Below are positions 15,702 through 25,080 of a stretch of 25,300 nt of DNA, one piece after another. Every line of letters starts with the position of its first letter. Within the stretch, counting starts at the first letter, position 1. Source of the stretch: a virus (lineage: Duplodnaviria; Caudoviricetes); IMG/VR virus record IMGVR_UViG_3300028812_000228, positions 1 through 25,300 of that record; one strand, 5' to 3'. Position numbers and translations under genes: made by a program. The notes under the pieces are model-generated. The model ran no database searches. It was not told where the DNA came from and worked only from the letters and a program-made list of their open reading frames with translations.

Positions 15702-16403
15702 GTGGCAGACCTGCTCGTCATCGTGCCGGCCCGTACCCGGACCTGGAACATCGAGCGGATGCTGCAGGCGTGGACGGACACCGCCGCGTGGGGCGTCGCC
15801 GACCTACGGGTGGATGTCGACGCCGACGATCCGGCGCTGCCCGGCTATCAGGCGATCGTCATGCCGCCCGGCGCCCGGCTGGTGGTGCACGACTCGTGGA
15901 TGCCGTGCATGCACAAACTCGAGGTCGCCGCGGCGCAGGAGGTCGGTAACTACTTCGCCCTCGGGTTCATGGGCGACGATCACGTGCCGCGCACTGTCGG
16001 CTGGGCGCAACGTTGGGTCGAGGTGCTGCACGATATGCGGACCGGCATCGTCTATGGCGACGACGCTCTGCGCGGGGAGGAACTGCCCACGCAGTGGGCG
16101 ACGACGTCAGACATCGTGCGGGCGCTCGGCCGGCTGTGCCCCTCGCCGGTGGAGCACCTGTGGTCCGACACCGCGGTCTACGACCTGGGCAAGGCCGCAG
16201 ACTGCATGCGCTACCTGCCCGACACGGTGATCGAGCACGCCCACTACATCAACGGCAAGGCGCCCCGGGATGCCCAGTACGAGCGGGTCAATGGGCGCGA
16301 CCAGTGGGACCGGGACGAGGCCGCCTACCGGGCGTGGCAGCGCGACCAGCTGCCCGCCGACGCTGCGGTCGTGAGGGCACTAAGGGAGGCCCACGGTGAC
16401 TGA
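15702..16403 (+). CDS. Putative glycosyltransferase, GT-A fold
   Basis: GGAGGAG SD before GTG 15702. Motifs LLVIVPAR, FMGDDHVPRT.GW, IVYGDD, HLWSD and IEHAH. Confidence 0.78.
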   Translation: MADLLVIVPARTRTWNIERMLQAWTDTAAWGVADLRVDVDADDPALPGYQAIVMPPGARLVVHDSWMPCMHKLEVAAAQEVGNYFALGFMGDDHVPRTVGWAQRWVEVLHDMRTGIVYGDDALRGEELPTQWATTSDIVRALGRLCPSPVEHLWSDTAVYDLGKAADCMRYLPDTVIEHAHYINGKAPRDAQYERVNGRDQWDRDEAAYRAWQRDQLPADAAVVRALREAHGD

Positions 16404-17022
16404 CCTCGCCACCATCACCGACGTGACCGACCGGTCCCCGCGGACCCTGACGGCTGGCGAGATCACGCGTGCCACGGTGCTGCTCGGCGACGCCTCCGCC
16501 GCGGTGCGCGGATACACCAAACAGACGTTCACCGCGGTTGAGGACGACGCGGTGATCCTGCGGCCCGTCGGTGCGTTCCTTGAGTTGCCACAGACTCCGG
16601 TCACCGCAGTCACCGAGGTCCGTGGGATCAGCGACGCCGGCGCGGTGCTGGATCCGCTGTCCGGGTGGACGTGGGACGGACTCGACCGCGTCGACATCGC
16701 ATCGGTCGGCTTCCGGTACTTCGCCGACCCGTGGTGGCCGTGGCCAAACGGACCTGAGTCGTTCCGGGTGCTCTACGACCACGGCGATGATGTGGTGCCC
16801 GACGATGTGATCCGCGTCGTGTGCGGCATGGTGCTGCGGGTGATCTTCGCCCCGTCCGCGGTCGAGGGGATGTCATCGGAGCGGACGGGACAGTACTCCT
16901 ACCAGATGTCCCAGCAGACCAACGGCGGCAGCCCGGGCATCACCGTGCGACTGTCCGAAACGGACAAGGCCGACCTGTCCCACTACCGCCCGATCGCCGG
17001 GTCCATTCAGGTACGTCTCTGA
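16396..17022 (+). CDS. Head-to-tail adaptor
   Basis: LAT..DV, LL.DAS..VRGYT.QTF, LPQTPV..V, Y.HG...VPDD.....C.MV and ER.GQYSY. First neck gene. Confidence 0.85.
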   Translation: MTDLATITDVTDRSPRTLTAGEITRATVLLGDASAAVRGYTKQTFTAVEDDAVILRPVGAFLELPQTPVTAVTEVRGISDAGAVLDPLSGWTWDGLDRVDIASVGFRYFADPWWPWPNGPESFRVLYDHGDDVVPDDVIRVVCGMVLRVIFAPSAVEGMSSERTGQYSYQMSQQTNGGSPGITVRLSETDKADLSHYRPIAGSIQVRL

Positions 17023-17369
17023 TGGGCAGCATCCCCGCCTCGATGCTCATCCACACCGTGGCCCGGATCCGGCCGACTACGAGCACGGACGCCCACAACA
17101 ACACGACGTACAACTACACCGTGCCGCCGGCGACGAGCACGAACCTGACAGGCCGGATGGAGCAGAACAAGGCGTCGGAGCCGCTCGCCGATGGGCGGCA
17201 GTCGTCAGAGCGAAACTGGACGCTGTTCACGAACGAGTCCGACGTCGCGGTCAGTGACCGGATCGTGTTCGGCTCGCTCACCTTCGAGGTGGAAGGCCCG
17301 CCGGCACCGATGTATGACGGCGTCGGCTTCCACCACCTCGAGGTCGCACTGCGCATCTTCGACGGCTGA
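17022..17369 (+). CDS. Head-to-tail stopper (head closure)
   Basis: TGATG overlap start. 115 aa with DRI.FG..TFEVEGPP and HHLEV.L. Confidence 0.8.
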   Translation: MGSIPASMLIHTVARIRPTTSTDAHNNTTYNYTVPPATSTNLTGRMEQNKASEPLADGRQSSERNWTLFTNESDVAVSDRIVFGSLTFEVEGPPAPMYDGVGFHHLEVALRIFDG

Positions 17370-17371
17370 GC

Positions 17372-17665
17372 ATGGCCACCCTGATCCGCTACACGCCGAA
17401 CTTCCGCGGCATCAAGAGACTCCGCAGCTCCCGCGACGTTGACCGGGAGCTGGAGCGCCGCGCCCACGAGGTGGCCAACGCGGCGCAGTCCACCTACGAC
17501 GGCGACCCGCCGGAGAGCGGCCGGGTCGAGGTCGAGGTTGTGCAGTCGGCCAGCGACACCTCCGAGCCGCGTGCCCGCGTCGCGGTTATCGCCCGCCACC
17601 CAGCCGCGCTCGCCATCGAGGCGGAACGCCGCGTTCTCGGTGGATCACTCGACGCTGCGAGGTGA
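17372..17665 (+). CDS. Neck/tail completion protein (HK97 gp10-like position)
   Basis: 97 aa with N..GI..L.SS..V...L..RA..VA and RARV.V. Synteny. Confidence 0.7.
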   Translation: MATLIRYTPNFRGIKRLRSSRDVDRELERRAHEVANAAQSTYDGDPPESGRVEVEVVQSASDTSEPRARVAVIARHPAALAIEAERRVLGGSLDAAR

Positions 17666-17668
17666 GAT

Positions 17669-18055
17669 GTGGCTCTACCTGCTGCCGTGGCGTTGACGAT
17701 CGCCTACCTCGATACGTTGCACACGATCCCCGTCGTGTCGAAGGTCCCCAACCCTCGCCCTGCCGCGCTCATCCAGGTCCGCCGCGTCGGCGGGACCGGC
17801 CTGCAGCCGGTGCGGGACAACCCACGGCTGGACATCTTCTCCTGGTCCGCCACCAGCGCTGAAGCCGAGACGCTCGGCGGCACAGTGAGGGCCCAGATGT
17901 TCGCTCTCGCCCGCACGACGCTGCTCGGCGGGATCCAGTGCTACCGGGTCGAAGAGGCATTGTTCCGCCAACTCGACGACGACGAGACAGGTACCTACCG
18001 CACGTGGGGCACGTACGCCCTCACCCTTCGGGCTGACGACGTTCTGCCCGCATAG
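17669..18055 (+). CDS. Tail terminator
   Basis: VP.PRP..LI.VRRVGG and D.PRLDI..W. Directly before the tail tube gene. Confidence 0.8.
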   Translation: MALPAAVALTIAYLDTLHTIPVVSKVPNPRPAALIQVRRVGGTGLQPVRDNPRLDIFSWSATSAEAETLGGTVRAQMFALARTTLLGGIQCYRVEEALFRQLDDDETGTYRTWGTYALTLRADDVLPA

Positions 18056-18115
18056 ACCTCCGGCACCGCGCGGCCGGCAGTTCCCCACCATCACTACCGC
18101 CGCACGGAGGCATCC

Positions 18116-18670
18116 ATGACACTCAACTCGTCGCAGGTCGACGTCGCGATCACGGGCGAGGTGTCCGTGGCGCCCGTCGGCACAGCCGCACCCACCACCT
18201 CGACCAGTGCGCTGAACGCCGCATTCATCGGGCTCGGCTACATCAACGAGGACGGCGTGGTCATCACGCCCAACGACACGACCGAGAACATCATCGCGTG
18301 GCAGAATGCCGCGGTCGTCCGCACCGTCTACACCGAGAGCTTCTGGACCTTCCAGTTCCGGATGATCGAGAACAAGGGCGAGACGGCCGAGCTCTACTTC
18401 AAGGGCGACGTCGAGGTGGTCTCGGCCGGCCAGTGGAAGATGACGGTCGGCGCCGCTGGCCCCGACCCGCGGGCGTTCGTGCTCGACGTCGTCGACGGCA
18501 CGAAGCACTACCGCTACTACCTAGCCAACGCCGAGGTCACCGAGCGCGGCGAGATCACGAACAGCAACGGCGAGGCGATCGGATACGACGTGACGATCAC
18601 TGCCTACGCCGACTCCAACGGCGTCGCGTTCACCGTGTTCACGGACAACGCGGCGTGGGGCTACAGCTGA
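18116..18670 (+). CDS. Major tail (tube) protein
   Basis: GGAGG SD. Motifs APVGTAAP, LGYINEDGV, IIAWQ and AIGYDVTITAY. Ends in WGYS. Confidence 0.92.
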   Translation: MTLNSSQVDVAITGEVSVAPVGTAAPTTSTSALNAAFIGLGYINEDGVVITPNDTTENIIAWQNAAVVRTVYTESFWTFQFRMIENKGETAELYFKGDVEVVSAGQWKMTVGAAGPDPRAFVLDVVDGTKHYRYYLANAEVTERGEITNSNGEAIGYDVTITAYADSNGVAFTVFTDNAAWGYS

Positions 18671-18681
18671 TCGATATGACC

Positions 18682-18718
18682 CCCGCCAGCCCACGCCGCG
18701 CGGACGTGGGCTGGCGGG
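18682..18718 (+). terminator. Strong GC-rich hairpin after the tail tube gene (terminator/attenuator or mRNA stabiliser)
   Basis: Perfect 14-bp inverted repeat cccgccagcccacg / cgtgggctggcggg with no U-tract. Confidence 0.6.
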
Positions 18719-18754
18719 CCTAACTGCTCTCCGCGCATCGAGAGGAATCCGCGC

Positions 18755-19150
18755 ATGTCTGAACCATTCGACCTCGATGCCGTCGTCGCCGACGGCGAAG
18801 GCGAGCCGTTCCGCTTCACCTGGGGCGGCAAGGAGTTCTCCCTGCCGCCGTTGATCGGCCTGCCGATCGACCGCCAGATCACCATCGTCGAGGTCATCGA
18901 GAAGCTCGACGGTAAGGCCGAAGACGTCACCGCGATCCTGAACGCGCTGACTCTCGTCGTCGGCCAGGAGATGCTCGGCGAACTCAGCGCCGCCCGGCCA
19001 CTGTCGACCGTTGGCGTGGTGCGCCTGCTCGGCGCCTGGATGGCACACCAGCGGCCGGGAAAATCGCGGGCGTCGTCGGCCTCCTCCGTCGGCACGGCGA
19101 AGCCATCGAAGCCGACCTCGCGCTCCACGCGGGCCCGCAGGACCAGCTAG
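18755..19150 (+). CDS. Tail assembly chaperone (lambda gpG-like)
   Basis: Lies between tail tube and tape measure. FDLDA...PF.F..GG..F.LP. Contains the slippery heptamer. Confidence 0.88.
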   Translation: MSEPFDLDAVVADGEGEPFRFTWGGKEFSLPPLIGLPIDRQITIVEVIEKLDGKAEDVTAILNALTLVVGQEMLGELSAARPLSTVGVVRLLGAWMAHQRPGKSRASSASSVGTAKPSKPTSRSTRARRTS

Positions 19151-19482
19151 CCCAGCTTCTCCTTAGCGCAGCGTGGCGAAGGCTTGGCGTGCTGATCGGC
19201 GCGCTCGCGAAGACGCCCGGCACGCTGCTGCACCGCAAGCTGGCCGGCGACGACTGGACGCTTGACCAGCACCTGCTCGCCCTCGCGGTAGACGCGATGC
19301 GGATCGCGAACTGGCAGCGGTCGAAGGACGGCAGCAAGGCCAGCAAGCGGCCCAAGCCGATCTCTCCGCTGGCACAGCAGAAAAAGCCGATGCAGCGCGG
19401 CGACACCGGCGGCCAGAGCCGCGCGGCGGTCGTCGCGATCCTGCGCGGGTACCGAACCGGAGCCTATGAAGCTGGGGGGTGA
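18755..19482 (+). CDS. Frameshifted tail assembly chaperone (gpGT-like, ~242 aa)
   Basis: The -1 frame reads GKIAGVVGLLRRHGEAIEADL...WTLDQHLLA...ANWQR...RPKPI and stops 3 bp before the tape measure start. Confidence 0.85.
19057..19063 (+). other. Programmed -1 ribosomal frameshift site G GGA AAA
   Basis: Correctly phased XXXYYYZ heptamer (Gly-Lys). The -1 frame is open from here to 19482. Confidence 0.9.
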
Positions 19483-19485
19483 CCC

Positions 19486-21732
19486 GTGGCCGAAGAGGTG
19501 GGGCAGGCGTATGTCTCGATCCTCCCTTCACTGAAGGGTTTCTCCTCCCGGCTCCGGTCGGAACTGCGGGGTGAACTGCGGGCCGTTGACGGGCCGGTGG
19601 CCGACGCGGGCCGCCGGGCCGGCGGCGGGTTCGGCGACAATCTGCGCGAAGGCATCCGCAGCCGCCTCGCCGGTATCGGCACACTGCTCAAGACCGGCCT
19701 GGTCGTCGGCATCGCCGCGGTCTCCGCCGGACTGGTCGGCCTGACCACCTTCGGTTTGCGCTCCGCCGCGGCGCTCGAGCAGACCCAGATCGGCATCGAA
19801 GCCTTGACCGGCTCGGCCGAGGTGGCGAAGGAGTTCCTCGGCGAGCTGCAGCAGTTTGCGGCCACCACACCCTTCGAGTTCTCCGGCGTCGCCGACGCGT
19901 CCCGCCGCATCCTCGCCTTCGGCAACGCCGTCGGCATCACCCGCGAAGAGGTCATCCCCACCCTTTCGGTGATCGGCGATCTCGTCTCCGTCCTCGGTGG
20001 CACGCAGGAGAACATCGACTCGGTTGTCCGGGCGCTGGGGCAGATCAGCTCCAAGGGCAAGGTCTCGCAGGAAGAGCTGCTGCAACTCGCCGAGGCACTG
20101 CCGGGCTTCAACGCCAACGCGGCGATCGCTGCCTCGCTGGGCCTGTCGGTCGGCGAGTCGATGGAGGCCATCACCCGCGGCGAGGTCGGCGCCACCGAAG
20201 GCATCAACGCCCTGCTGGCGGGAATGGCACAGTTCCCCGGCGCCGCCGGCGCGATGGAGAAGCAGTCCCAGACCCTGCTGGGCGTCTTCTCCACCTTCAA
20301 GGACACGTTGGCGATCTCGCTGACCAACGCGTTCCAGCCGGTGATCCCGGAGATCAAGGAAGCGCTGACAGCACTGACCCCGCTGCTCGGTGGGGCGATC
20401 GACGCCCTCGCCCCAGCGCTCGGCGGGTTGCTGTCCTCGCTGCTGCCGCTCGTCGGGCAGATCGTGCAGGCCGTCGGCCCGGTGATCCAGCCCTTCCTGG
20501 ACGCGATCGCGCAGACCATCCCGATCCTGTCGCCGGCCATCCAGGCATTGGGGCGGGCGTTCGGCACCGTCGCGGAAGCGCTGGCGCCATTGCTGCCCGT
20601 GCTCGGCGAGGTGGTGGCAGAACTCGCTCTGGCGCTGGCGCCGGTGATCGAGGCTCTCGCTCCGCAGTTCGCTCAACTGGTCGGCCCGATCGGCGACATC
20701 CTGCTCGCTCTCGTGCCGCTGCTGCCGCCGCTGTCCGAGCTGATCGTGTTGCTGTTCCAGGCCCAGGCGCCGCTGATCGAACTGATCGCGCTCGGTGTGG
20801 CGTTCCTCGCCAACGAAGCCCTCGTGCCGCTGGTCGAAGGTCTGGCTGCGGCAGTCGGCGAGCTGGTGAAGTGGGCCCGCCCGATCGTGGCGTTCTCCGA
20901 CTCCACGGAGGAGATGGGCGCCAACCTCGCGGCCATCGGCGACATGGTCGGCGGGAAACTCGCCGAGCTCGGGAACTGGTTCCAGGAGCTACCCGGCAAG
21001 ATCGGCGACTTCCTGTCCGGCTTGCCCGCGAAACTCGCCGAGCTTGGGCGCGAAGCACTCAACGATCTCGCGTTCGCTGTCGGCGTCGGGATCGGCCGGC
21101 TGCTCGGCATCATCCGCGATGTGCCCGGCCGCGTCATCGACGACCTCAAGGCGTTCCCGGAGCGACTGTCCACACTGTTCGGTACCGCGGTGGACGCGAC
21201 GAAGACCACGGTCGCGACAAAGGTCGCCGAGCTGCTGCTGTTCCTTCGCGGGCTGCCGGGCCGGGCGGTCGACGAACTGCGGTCCCTCGGCGGTCGGCTG
21301 GTGTCCTTCGCGCTGGAGCTCGGGCCGAAGCTGTTCCAGATCGGCAAGGACATCGTCGGCGGCATCGTGGCCGGCATCAAGAGTGCCATCTCCGGCGTCG
21401 GGTCGGCGTTGATGTCCGGCCTGAACAGCGCCTTGGATGGCGTGAAGCACGGACTGGGCATCGCCTCGCCGTCCAAGGTGTACATGGAGGTTGGCGAGGA
21501 CACGATCGCCGGCTACATCGCCGGAGTGGAGCAGTCGGCACGCGACGCGGCGCTGGCCACTACGGCGGCACTGGCACCCGCTGCCGCGACAAGCGCGGGG
21601 GTCGCCGCAGCGCCGCAACGGGTGGCGGTCGACACCGACGACCCGATCGTGCAGATGGTCATCAACCGCGTCCGAGACGCGATCCGCGAGCAGTTCGGTG
21701 GAGACGTCGACCTGGCCTTGGGGACAAGCTGA
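19486..21732 (+). CDS. Tape measure protein
   Basis: 748 aa. VGQAYVSI.P N-terminus, FAATTPFEF, LGQISSKGKV, Leu/Pro amphipathic repeats and LGIASPSKV. Confidence 0.95.
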   Translation: MAEEVGQAYVSILPSLKGFSSRLRSELRGELRAVDGPVADAGRRAGGGFGDNLREGIRSRLAGIGTLLKTGLVVGIAAVSAGLVGLTTFGLRSAAALEQTQIGIEALTGSAEVAKEFLGELQQFAATTPFEFSGVADASRRILAFGNAVGITREEVIPTLSVIGDLVSVLGGTQENIDSVVRALGQISSKGKVSQEELLQLAEALPGFNANAAIAASLGLSVGESMEAITRGEVGATEGINALLAGMAQFPGAAGAMEKQSQTLLGVFSTFKDTLAISLTNAFQPVIPEIKEALTALTPLLGGAIDALAPALGGLLSSLLPLVGQIVQAVGPVIQPFLDAIAQTIPILSPAIQALGRAFGTVAEALAPLLPVLGEVVAELALALAPVIEALAPQFAQLVGPIGDILLALVPLLPPLSELIVLLFQAQAPLIELIALGVAFLANEALVPLVEGLAAAVGELVKWARPIVAFSDSTEEMGANLAAIGDMVGGKLAELGNWFQELPGKIGDFLSGLPAKLAELGREALNDLAFAVGVGIGRLLGIIRDVPGRVIDDLKAFPERLSTLFGTAVDATKTTVATKVAELLLFLRGLPGRAVDELRSLGGRLVSFALELGPKLFQIGKDIVGGIVAGIKSAISGVGSALMSGLNSALDGVKHGLGIASPSKVYMEVGEDTIAGYIAGVEQSARDAALATTAALAPAAATSAGVAAAPQRVAVDTDDPIVQMVINRVRDAIREQFGGDVDLALGTS

Positions 21733-24518
21733 TGGCCTTCCCCGACACCGATCTCGAGGTCATCGTTGAGGCGTTCCTCGGTGCCAACCCCAACGACGAC
21801 CCGGGTACGTGGCCGGCCGCAACCGACCTGTCCTCGCGGCTGCTGGGCAGCCCGATTGGCCTGACAACGGGCCGCCGGTCGGGCACGAAGACCGCCGCGG
21901 CGGGACAGTGCACTTTCTGGCTGGACAACGACGACGGCGCGCTGACGCCGCTGTTAGCCACCTCGACGTACTACCCGGACTGGGATCTGGGTGTGCCGAT
22001 GCGGCTGTCGGTGGACAACGTCGGAGCGTCGCCGCCGTATCCGCAGTTCTGCGGGTATGCCGTCGACATCGCGCCAGAGATCATTCCGACTTCCGGTGGC
22101 GGGTCCACGTCGGTGGTGAAGGTGACGCTCGGCGGGATCATGCGGCGCCTTGGTCAGGGCTCGGTGGCCAGGCCAGCACTTGAGCGCTCAATCCTGGCTG
22201 CGGATCCGTACTCGTTCTGGGCATTGAACGACGGTCCGCTGGCGGAAGCTGGCCTGCTAACCCACGGCGTAGGCGAAGCGTTCCAGTCGCTGAACTGGGG
22301 TGACGCGGTCGCTCCCGGGACCGAGGACATGGGGGAGTGGCTCGGCCCCGGGATCCTGTTGACCGACGACTCTGCCATCACCAGCGAGGTCCCACTGCCG
22401 GCCAGTCCGAGCCGGGTAACGATCGACGCGGTCTATAAGTTCAACCACGTTGAGAGCGCCAACACCCAGATCATCGGCATGACCCTGGCTGCTGTTCCTA
22501 CGTTTGCAACGGGCAGCAGGTGGCCGCTGCAGGTCGAGTACAGCACGTCCGCCGGCGGATCGATCATCGGCGGCAGCCCGGGATTCACTGTCACAAACTT
22601 CGTCACCGACGATGTCCTTGGAGGGCCCCACCACCTGCGGTGGGACTTGATCGTCGACGGGTCCGATGTGGACTACCACGCCTATCTGGATGGCGTGGAG
22701 GTGTTAAGCGCAACCGCGGTCGGCACCAGCCTTGCCGGACTGAAGCATGTGCGGATGTTCAACGACGGCGCGGATGGCTCCACCGGCGCATGGACCGACT
22801 TCGGCATCTGGGTTGACGAGACGCCGCCCGATGTTGAGCAGATGGCGGCGGCGGCGACGGCTGGATACGCCGGCGAGCAGGCGCATGAACGCTTCGAGCG
22901 GATCATGACCGAGGAAGGCTTGCCGTACGAGTCGACGGCCATCATAAGCGTCGAGGTAGGTCCGCAGCCGATCGGGGACGTGCTGGAAATCTGCCGGGAC
23001 CTGGAGAACGTCGACCACGGCATCCTGTCCGAACTGACGTCGACGTGGGGCCTCGGCTACCGGGCCTCGTCGCAGCGCTACAACCTGAGCCCGGCCATGA
23101 CGATCGACCTGTCGACGTATCGCACCAGCGAGGGGACTTCGGCGGGCGTGCTGCGGCCGGTGCGCAACGACCAGCGCATCCGCAACGAGTGGACGATTAG
23201 CCGGCCGGGCGGCAGTTCGCGCACGTTCAAAGACGAAGCGCATCAGGCGAAGCGGGGCCGCTACAACGACAGCGCCGAGGTCAACGTAGCGGGCGACGTG
23301 CAGCTGCTCGGTGAGGCCAGCTTCCGCGTCCGCGAGGACACAGACGGCAGCCTGCGCTACGCGGCGTTCCCAATCGACCTGGGCGCGAACGCGTCAACCC
23401 TGCTGCCCGACTGGCTCGAGATGTCTCTGGGCGACAGGATCGACCGGTCCAACACTCCGTCGCAACACCCGACGGACACGGTCTCGGTGGTCGTCGTCGG
23501 TTACACCATGGGAGTCCGCCGTCGCGGCTGGGATCTCGCGCCGGTTGTCGAGCCGTACGAGCCGTGGCGCGTGCAGCAGCTCACCGAGGACCCGCCCGAT
23601 GACGCCACCCTTGACGGCTGGGCGGTCCCGGACGTCTTCGCGCTGCGGGCTGCGGTCGACGACAACGACACGTCTTGGGTGGCTGACTGCTGGCCGCGGA
23701 TGACGACCGACGCCGACGACATGCCGTGCCGAATCACGGTGGCTGGCGAGGAGAACGCGATCACTGCGGTCGCGACGACCGCCGCAACCTACGTCGCCGT
23801 CGGCGCCGCGGATGCCGACGACAATGCCGCCGTAACACCCGGCGACTACGCCGGCGGCGCGGTCGGTGACTGGATCGTGGTCGAGGCGGGGAGCCGCGAC
23901 ACGACGTCGCCGACGCTGGCGATCACCGACCCGAACTACACCTACGACCTCCTCGGCCATCAGGGCGGCCTGTACGTATGGGCCGCCTTCCGCACCGCCT
24001 CTGCTCCGGCGCCGACGGTCACCCCGTCCGGCGGGGCGGCGGGCGACACAGTCCAGGCGCAGGTGTTCGGGCTGCGGGGTATGCCGATCACCGGCTCGCC
24101 GTCGGACTGGATCCTCGACTACATCGGCCAGACGAACTCCTCGGCGCAAGACATCGCGTATGGACGTCTCGCGGCTGGTGGCTACGCCGGCAGGGTGATC
24201 CTCTTCTTCGGCCGCAAGTCGGACGACTGGACCTCGGCGGCGATCTCCGGGCCGCTTGAGATCACCGAAACGACGTCCACATCCGGCAACGACCAGAGCC
24301 TGTACGGCGCGCGACGGATCGACACGACACCAACCGTGGTCGGCGGTTCATCCATCACAGTCACCGGCGGATCGACCGCCGTCTCGGACTCGCTCGTGAT
24401 CGCTCTGCAGGGCGGATACCAGACCTTCACCGTGACCCGCAGCGTGAACAACGTCGAGAAGTCCCACGCCGTCGGGAGCGCAATCGAGCTTCTCGACCCG
24501 ATCGTGCCGAGCCTGTAG
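21732..24518 (+). CDS. Large tail-tip/minor tail protein with a probable LamG/ConA-like domain
   Basis: TGATG overlap start, 928 aa. Motifs LDNDDG.LTP, PYSFWALNDG, RN...I.R.GG and QTFTVTRSVN. The ORF-track start at 20871 is a shadow inside the tape measure gene. Confidence 0.82.
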   Translation: MAFPDTDLEVIVEAFLGANPNDDPGTWPAATDLSSRLLGSPIGLTTGRRSGTKTAAAGQCTFWLDNDDGALTPLLATSTYYPDWDLGVPMRLSVDNVGASPPYPQFCGYAVDIAPEIIPTSGGGSTSVVKVTLGGIMRRLGQGSVARPALERSILAADPYSFWALNDGPLAEAGLLTHGVGEAFQSLNWGDAVAPGTEDMGEWLGPGILLTDDSAITSEVPLPASPSRVTIDAVYKFNHVESANTQIIGMTLAAVPTFATGSRWPLQVEYSTSAGGSIIGGSPGFTVTNFVTDDVLGGPHHLRWDLIVDGSDVDYHAYLDGVEVLSATAVGTSLAGLKHVRMFNDGADGSTGAWTDFGIWVDETPPDVEQMAAAATAGYAGEQAHERFERIMTEEGLPYESTAIISVEVGPQPIGDVLEICRDLENVDHGILSELTSTWGLGYRASSQRYNLSPAMTIDLSTYRTSEGTSAGVLRPVRNDQRIRNEWTISRPGGSSRTFKDEAHQAKRGRYNDSAEVNVAGDVQLLGEASFRVREDTDGSLRYAAFPIDLGANASTLLPDWLEMSLGDRIDRSNTPSQHPTDTVSVVVVGYTMGVRRRGWDLAPVVEPYEPWRVQQLTEDPPDDATLDGWAVPDVFALRAAVDDNDTSWVADCWPRMTTDADDMPCRITVAGEENAITAVATTAATYVAVGAADADDNAAVTPGDYAGGAVGDWIVVEAGSRDTTSPTLAITDPNYTYDLLGHQGGLYVWAAFRTASAPAPTVTPSGGAAGDTVQAQVFGLRGMPITGSPSDWILDYIGQTNSSAQDIAYGRLAAGGYAGRVILFFGRKSDDWTSAAISGPLEITETTSTSGNDQSLYGARRIDTTPTVVGGSSITVTGGSTAVSDSLVIALQGGYQTFTVTRSVNNVEKSHAVGSAIELLDPIVPSL

Positions 24519-24529
24519 GAGGGGAGCCG

Positions 24530-25072
24530 ATGCCGCTCACCAACGACACCATCCCCACCTACGCGGTAGAGCCGCTGCGCGCGTCGAAACTGACGCAGGA
24601 GCGCGACGCCTTGGAGGAGGTGGCGGGCGCTGGCATCATCGCCCGGCATCGCCGCACCACTACCTCGACGACGACCACGACCGAGGTCGGCGTGGTCCGC
24701 CTGGACGATGTCCCGGTCATCGGCGGGCGCCTCTATCACATCTACACGTCAACAATTCAGCTCGCCAGCAGCGTCAACAATGACGGCCTGGCGGCGAACC
24801 TGCGCTTCACCGCCGACGGGTCGACGCCAACGACGTCGAGCACTGTCATGACGTCGTTTCGGGACCAGCAGGTCAACGCCACCACCGGTTTCACCGGCGT
24901 CATCTCGGTCATCTATGCGCCCGCCTCGGATCTGGCGTTGAGCCTCCTGCTCACCGTCGCACGGCTCACCGGCACCGGCAACGCCCAGATGAGCGGCTCG
25001 GCGACGTTCCCGGTCGACCTTGTGATCGAGGACATCGGCATCGACCCGGGCAGCACCGGCACGAACATCTAG
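24530..25072 (+). CDS. Minor tail protein (putative)
   Basis: GGAGGGG SD. Thr/Ser-rich beta-type sequence with LRASKL near the N-terminus and IEDIG near the C-terminus. Synteny. Confidence 0.7.
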   Translation: MPLTNDTIPTYAVEPLRASKLTQERDALEEVAGAGIIARHRRTTTSTTTTTEVGVVRLDDVPVIGGRLYHIYTSTIQLASSVNNDGLAANLRFTADGSTPTTSSTVMTSFRDQQVNATTGFTGVISVIYAPASDLALSLLLTVARLTGTGNAQMSGSATFPVDLVIEDIGIDPGSTGTNI

Positions 25073-25080
25073 GAGGGTGC

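Noticed and set aside
11274-16403. Cassette as host O-antigen/capsule locus or misassembly
   Set aside because: Both ends are translationally coupled to phage genes, and there are no transport or polymerase genes or mobile-element scars.
19057-19063. Tail chaperone -1 frameshift as a novelty
   Set aside because: Real, but a well-known conserved feature of long-tailed phages. Listed as a feature only.
19189-19482. Independent 97-aa gene
   Set aside because: Better explained as the -1 frame portion of the gpGT-like chaperone, since the frame is open back to the slippery site.
20340-20880. Leu/Pro ~11-residue periodicity in the tape measure protein
   Set aside because: Ordinary property of tape measure proteins.
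20871-21731. N-terminal extension of the 1215-aa ORF
   Set aside because: Alternate-frame read of the tape measure gene. The TGATG-coupled ATG at 21732 is the sensible start.
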